Assembly: GCA_018060465.1 (NCBI GenBank)
Contig: JAGOVX010000001.1
Coordinates: 1 to 56,519 of the forward strand
Direction of reading: 5' to 3'
DNA from: Candidatus Saccharimonadota bacterium
GTDB lineage: Bacteria; Patescibacteriota; Saccharimonadia; Saccharimonadales; Saccharimonadaceae
DNA length: 56,519 nt
Positions within the stretch are counted from its first letter, which is position 1. Every line of letters begins with the position of its first letter. The translations under genes and the position numbers were made by a program. A model generated the notes under the pieces. The model did not search any database and was not told where the DNA came from. It saw nothing but the letters and a program-made list of their open reading frames with translations. This document shows, piece after piece, positions 53,146 through 56,519 of the stretch.

Positions 53146-54237
53146 ATGACGATCCGCGAGGTGCGAGTGCACAATGTGCGCAGCTACAACCTATTTTCGG
53201 CCGAGCTACACCCTGGGGTTACGCTGGTATTGGGGCACAACGGCTCTGGAAAGACCACGCTGCTAGAAGCATTGTACTTTTTATATTCTGGCACTAGTTT
53301 TCGTGGGCGTGATGCCGACATGATACAGCACGACTCATCGCAGGCCGAAGTGAAACTGATATTTGACACCAACGAATCACGTCAGGCACGCATACTGCAA
53401 ACAGCTGAAAAAATTACGAAAGAATTTGTAATAGAAGGCAAACGGTCAGCGCGAATGCCCGCAAAATTCCGCCTGCCTGTGGTGCTTTTCGAGCCAGATG
53501 AACTACGGTTTATTAGCAGCAGCCCCCAGCGACGACGCGACTTTTTCGACGGCATCTTGGGGCGTCTTTATCCCAGCTACTCTAGCCTGCTCGGTAAATA
53601 TAGCCGTACCCTTTTGCAGCGCAATGAATTGATAAAACAGCGCGATACTATGCCAGTTGATATGTGGGAAGGACAGCTATTTGTTTGGGATGTAAAATTT
53701 GCCGAACTTGCCAGCAAGATAGTTGATGCGCGTATGCAATTTGTTGATCTTTCCAATCGTCACCTCTCACGCCTCTACAGCCAGATTGCCGGTACCGACC
53801 ATACCGTAGTGGTTGCCTACCTATCCAAGAACGCGACGCCCGAAAATCCCATGCAAAAAACCTCGCTACAGCAATACCAGCAGCAGTTGTTTGCAACGCT
53901 CCAGGCATCGCACATAGCCGATTCGTATCGAGGCTACACCTCGCACGGCCCGCATCGCGACGATATCGCAATTTTACTCGATTCGCACATGGCCAGCGAA
54001 ACCGCCAGCCGCGGCGAAATGCGCTCTATTATGCTGGCATACAAGCTGCTAGAAGTTGAGCTGCAACATGAAATCACCAAAACTCCACCGCTAATTCTGA
54101 TGGACGATGTATTTTCCGAGCTAGATATAACCCGCGAACGAAAGCTTATACAGTCTCTTGAAACCTACCAAACTATTATCACAGCGACCGATCTACGCGA
54201 CGAATTAAAAACAAACGCAAAGATCATAAGCCTGTAG
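53146..54237 (+). CDS. recF: DNA replication and repair protein RecF (start refined to the ATG at 53146)
   Basis: MTIREVRVHNVRSYN..., Walker A GHNGSGKTTLLEA, signature region GEMRSIMLAYKL, Walker B LILMDDVFSELD. The TTG extension in the ORF track (53056) has no RecF homology. Confidence 0.85.
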   Translation: MTIREVRVHNVRSYNLFSAELHPGVTLVLGHNGSGKTTLLEALYFLYSGTSFRGRDADMIQHDSSQAEVKLIFDTNESRQARILQTAEKITKEFVIEGKRSARMPAKFRLPVVLFEPDELRFISSSPQRRRDFFDGILGRLYPSYSSLLGKYSRTLLQRNELIKQRDTMPVDMWEGQLFVWDVKFAELASKIVDARMQFVDLSNRHLSRLYSQIAGTDHTVVVAYLSKNATPENPMQKTSLQQYQQQLFATLQASHIADSYRGYTSHGPHRDDIAILLDSHMASETASRGEMRSIMLAYKLLEVELQHEITKTPPLILMDDVFSELDITRERKLIQSLETYQTIITATDLRDELKTNAKIISL

Positions 54238-54244
54238 TTCTTTC

Positions 54245-54273
54245 TTTACACCGGTAGCAAACTCGGGTACTAT
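54245..54273 (+). promoter_or_regulatory. Sigma-70-type promoter TTTACA-17 nt-TACTAT for the 54294-56050 unit
   Basis: The hexamers are at 54245..54250 and 54268..54273. Confidence 0.5.
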
Positions 54274-54293
54274 GAAAATGCTTACCTTTATAT

Positions 54294-55397
54294 ATGAAAA
54301 CTATTCTTTACTCCATTGCAACTAAGTATCGGCTCCACGCAGCAGTGCTTTTTATTGGTGGCTGGCTGGCGCTTGCATCAACCACAGCGTACGCAAAATG
54401 CGGCAACGTTTCTACGAGTATCATAAATTGCAGCAATCAAGATAACGGCATATGGGGACTACTTCAGATGGGTATCAATCTTTTGGGTGCAGGTGTAGGT
54501 GTAGCTGCCTTGGGTGGCTTGGTCTACGGTGCAATCCTGTATGCAAGTGCCGAAGACAAAGCCCAGCAAATTGAACAAGCAAAAGGTGTAATCACCAATG
54601 TAGTGATCGGACTCATCTTGTTTGGGTCGATGGCCGCTTTGTTGCAATTTATTATTCCCGGAGGTGTATTTGGCCGTGAGTACAAGATTCCAAAGGCCGA
54701 TGCCAACCCTGGCAAATCGCATATTGTCTCAACAAAAGATAGCACTAAAGGAAGTAGTGATAGTGGTGATGGCGGCGATGGCGGTAGTGGTGATGGCGGA
54801 AGTAGCAGCTCTGAGTCTATCAGCAGCATATCTGTAAAAAATTCGCGTGATGCGGGCGCTCTCACGGGTGCACTAAAAACTGGCACACTGTACCGCACCG
54901 CTGCCCTGACCTCTCTTAGCGATAGCGACAAAAAAACCTTATCGTCGCTACTTAGCCCAAATGGCACCATTATTGACCTACGCATACTGAATGCCGCCAA
55001 AGACGACAGTATAAGTGGTGCAGAAAATGTACGGATACCTATAGGTGGAGTGCTCGATCTAAAGCCAATGGTCTCTGATGCTACTCACGCGTCGCAAACA
55101 GTCAAAGCGCTAAAAACAGCCGCCAATGCCGATGGCCCAGTACTTATTCACTGTGCTGCCGGCAAAGATCGCACCGGATGGCTGGTTGCAATGATTATGA
55201 CAATTGCAGGCGCCAACGACCAACAGGTCATGGATGAATACTTGAAAAGCAATGATGCTAATCACGTAGAAAAAGCGTGGCTGAACAGTGGGCTTTCTGA
55301 AGCTCGCAGTAAATATGGCGGCGTCCTACCTTACTTAAAACATTTTGGCCTCACGGCAAGCGATATCAATAAACTTCGTACTAAATTCAAGGCCTAG
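54294..55397 (+). CDS. Fusion protein: N-terminal TrbC/VirB2-type (T4SS pilin-like) membrane domain + Gly/Asp/Ser linker + CX5R protein tyrosine phosphatase (Y_phosphatase3-like)
   Basis: Signal/TM with AYA, a Cys pair (KCGNVSTSIINC), and two TM around AEDKAQQIEQAKG, as in Gram-positive/CPR VirB2-like pilins. The linker is SSDSGDGGDGGSGDGGSSSS. The phosphatase part reads NSRDAG...GTLYRTAAL...TIIDLR and VLIHCAAGKDRTGW (Cys codon 55152..55154). Confidence 0.65.
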   Translation: MKTILYSIATKYRLHAAVLFIGGWLALASTTAYAKCGNVSTSIINCSNQDNGIWGLLQMGINLLGAGVGVAALGGLVYGAILYASAEDKAQQIEQAKGVITNVVIGLILFGSMAALLQFIIPGGVFGREYKIPKADANPGKSHIVSTKDSTKGSSDSGDGGDGGSGDGGSSSSESISSISVKNSRDAGALTGALKTGTLYRTAALTSLSDSDKKTLSSLLSPNGTIIDLRILNAAKDDSISGAENVRIPIGGVLDLKPMVSDATHASQTVKALKTAANADGPVLIHCAAGKDRTGWLVAMIMTIAGANDQQVMDEYLKSNDANHVEKAWLNSGLSEARSKYGGVLPYLKHFGLTASDINKLRTKFKA

Positions 55398-55399
55398 CG

Positions 55400-56050
55400 A
55401 TGCAACCAACCAACACAGCACCCGATGAAAATAACCCGCCAACCAATGACCCATCTGCGAAAGATTGGTTCAATGCCATCGAGCCCACTGTTCCTATAGA
55501 AGCCGTAATGCCCTCGAAAAAGCCGCATCGTAAGGCACTACTACTGACCATCATAGTCGTCATAGGGCTGCTGGTCGCGGTAACCGCTGCCTATGTAGTC
55601 GCACAACCCAGGCAACTCGCCTGTCTTGAAACGAGTGACTACAGTGATCTTACCGGTACTACGCAAAGCGACCCTATTATGTCTACTGTCAATTTTTACA
55701 CCCGCACAGTACGTTTCTCAGAAAATAGCTCAAGCCAACTCCTGCCTTCAGCCCAGGCTGAAACAACGGCATTTATACGTAAACTTGCCACCTTTTACAA
55801 ACAACACAGCCGCGCATCTATTGTAATAACTCTTGTCAGCAACTATACCGACACGCAAATGAACCCTATTGCAACTGCGCGCATCAACACACTGCGGCAA
55901 GATCTTGTCAGCGCTGGCATCCCCAACAGTGCAATTGTGACACAAAAGCCATTGCACGTGCAGTCAGAGGCAGATTCCCCTGTTACCGATGATGGTCAGG
56001 TATTTCTCACTGTTAGCTCTAGCCAAGGCTGCCGCGTAACGAGCCTATAA
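55400..56050 (+). CDS. Membrane-anchored protein with a degenerate OmpA/MotB C-terminal-like domain (tentative)
   Basis: Single TM (ALLLTIIVVIGLLVAVTAAYVV). VRFSENSSQLLPSAQ...IVITLVSNYTDTQMNPIATARINTLRQDLVSAGIPNSAI loosely follows the OmpA_C pattern. The start lies 2 nt after the upstream stop. Confidence 0.35.
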   Translation: MQPTNTAPDENNPPTNDPSAKDWFNAIEPTVPIEAVMPSKKPHRKALLLTIIVVIGLLVAVTAAYVVAQPRQLACLETSDYSDLTGTTQSDPIMSTVNFYTRTVRFSENSSSQLLPSAQAETTAFIRKLATFYKQHSRASIVITLVSNYTDTQMNPIATARINTLRQDLVSAGIPNSAIVTQKPLHVQSEADSPVTDDGQVFLTVSSSQGCRVTSL

Positions 56051-56083
56051 AAATAGTCCGCAGTGTACGCGGACTATTTTTTG
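56049..56083. terminator. Bidirectional intrinsic terminator: 13-bp stem AAAAATAGTCCGC / GCGGACTATTTTT, 7-nt loop, T-run
   Basis: Paired by hand. It lies between the convergent genes 55400..56050 (+) and tsf (-), with an A-run on one side and a T-run on the other. Confidence 0.75.
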
Positions 56084-56099
56084 TCGCATCAATTATTGC

Positions 56100-56519
56100 T
56101 TATTCAGTTACGCCCAGTTCGATACGGCGGAACTGCCCTACAACAATGTTCTCACCCAATTTAGCAATCGCTTCTTTGATGTGCTGTTCAATTGTCTTCG
56201 AGTCATCCAAAATATATGCCTGGCTCAGCAGTACCTTTTCGGCAAAATGCTTGCCGAGTTGGCCATCAACAATTTTTTCACGCATATCCGCTGGCTTTTT
56301 TGCCAATGCTTCACTGGCCATAAGCTCCTCTTTTACGCGAGCTTTCTCAGCCGCAGGAATATCTGCTTCACTCACATACATTGGGCTCATTGCGGCTACT
56401 TGCATACAAAGTTCATGAGCAAGCTGCTTGAAATCATCCAAACGTGCCACAAAATCAGTTTCACAGTTTAGTTCTAGTACTACGCCTATCCGGCCAGAGT
56501 GGATATAGCTATCTATAAT
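56100..56519 (-). CDS. tsf: Elongation factor Ts, C-terminal part (continues past the right edge)
   Basis: The track ORF starts at an internal GTG (56450). My in-frame translation up to 56519 gives IIDSYIHSGRIGVVLELNCETDFVARLDDF..., the classic EF-Ts core, with no stop. Confidence 0.9.
   Translation of the reverse strand: MIDSYIHSGRIGVVLELNCETDFVARLDDFKQLAHELCMQVAAMSPMYVSEADIPAAEKARVKEELMASEALAKKPADMREKIVDGQLGKHFAEKVLLSQAYILDDSKTIEQHIKEAIAKLGENIVVGQFRRIELGVTE

Noticed and set aside
54745-54830. A repetitive GGT/GAT/AGT-rich DNA stretch (ggtgatggcggcgatggcggtagtggtgatggcgga...).
   Set aside because: It encodes the in-frame Gly/Asp/Ser linker between the pilin-like and phosphatase domains. 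It is a low-complexity coding region, not a regulatory or mobile tandem repeat. It could still be length-variable.
1-56519. I searched for rRNA, complete tRNA, tmRNA, RNase P or SRP RNA, CRISPR arrays, IS elements, transposases, integrases and prophage genes.
   Set aside because: All intergenic gaps are 240 nt or shorter, and none folds into a cloverleaf or shows repeat-spacer periodicity. No ORF carries DDE, tyrosine-recombinase or serine-recombinase motifs that I could recognise.

Overview
This is a gene-dense 56.5-kb chromosomal segment. I count about 65 CDS and found no rRNA, complete tRNA, CRISPR array, transposase or integrase. About 90% of genes are on the minus strand, many with 1-4 nt start/stop overlaps. 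The plus-strand islands at 10.4-11.2 kb, 20.0-22.1 kb, 45.0-47.5 kb and 53.1-56.1 kb carry most of the unusual content.

The backbone is housekeeping:
- Translation: glyQS, serS, lysS, proS, prfB, frr, tsf (partial), rpmA, hpf and greA.
- Secretion and proteolysis: secA, rseP and an M16 peptidase.
- Division and cell wall: ftsEX with a PcsB-like CHAP hydrolase and an S41 protease, plus murD and uppS.
- DNA repair: recO, recF and xseAB.

Several traits fit a reduced-genome Patescibacteria/CPR organism, most like Saccharibacteria (an inference, not verifiable here):
- pyrH and cdsA are missing from their conserved cluster.
- ProRS lacks its editing domain.
- The regulators are TrmB-like.
- A T4SS-pilin-like domain is present.
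- The two-component proteins are minimal.

Main hunt results:
1. 244-3355: a minus-strand cassette of a two-TM Excalibur membrane protein, a KwaB/DUF4868-like protein and a translationally coupled Pif1/RecD-type helicase. It is my best candidate for an undescribed helicase-containing Kiwa-like defence system.
2. 54245-56083: a two-gene unit with its own promoter and terminator. It encodes a VirB2/TrbC-pilin-like domain fused to a CX5R tyrosine phosphatase, plus an OmpA-like anchor protein.
3. 46483-47469: a CysK-fold protein whose PLP Schiff-base lysine is replaced by Tyr. It sits divergent from a TrmB-like regulator across an intergenic region holding two long perfect palindromes.
4. 30894-33441: a MurD-like ligase next to a PP-loop ATPase, possibly a MurD2/MurL-type pair.
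5. 6738-10361: three paralogous 6-TM proteins around an Ldh_2 dehydrogenase and a DMT transporter.
6. 52447-52483: a perfect 13-bp hairpin that would hide the frr Shine-Dalgarno and also contains an extended -10 element.

All family assignments come from motif recognition by eye. None has been checked by HMM or BLAST.
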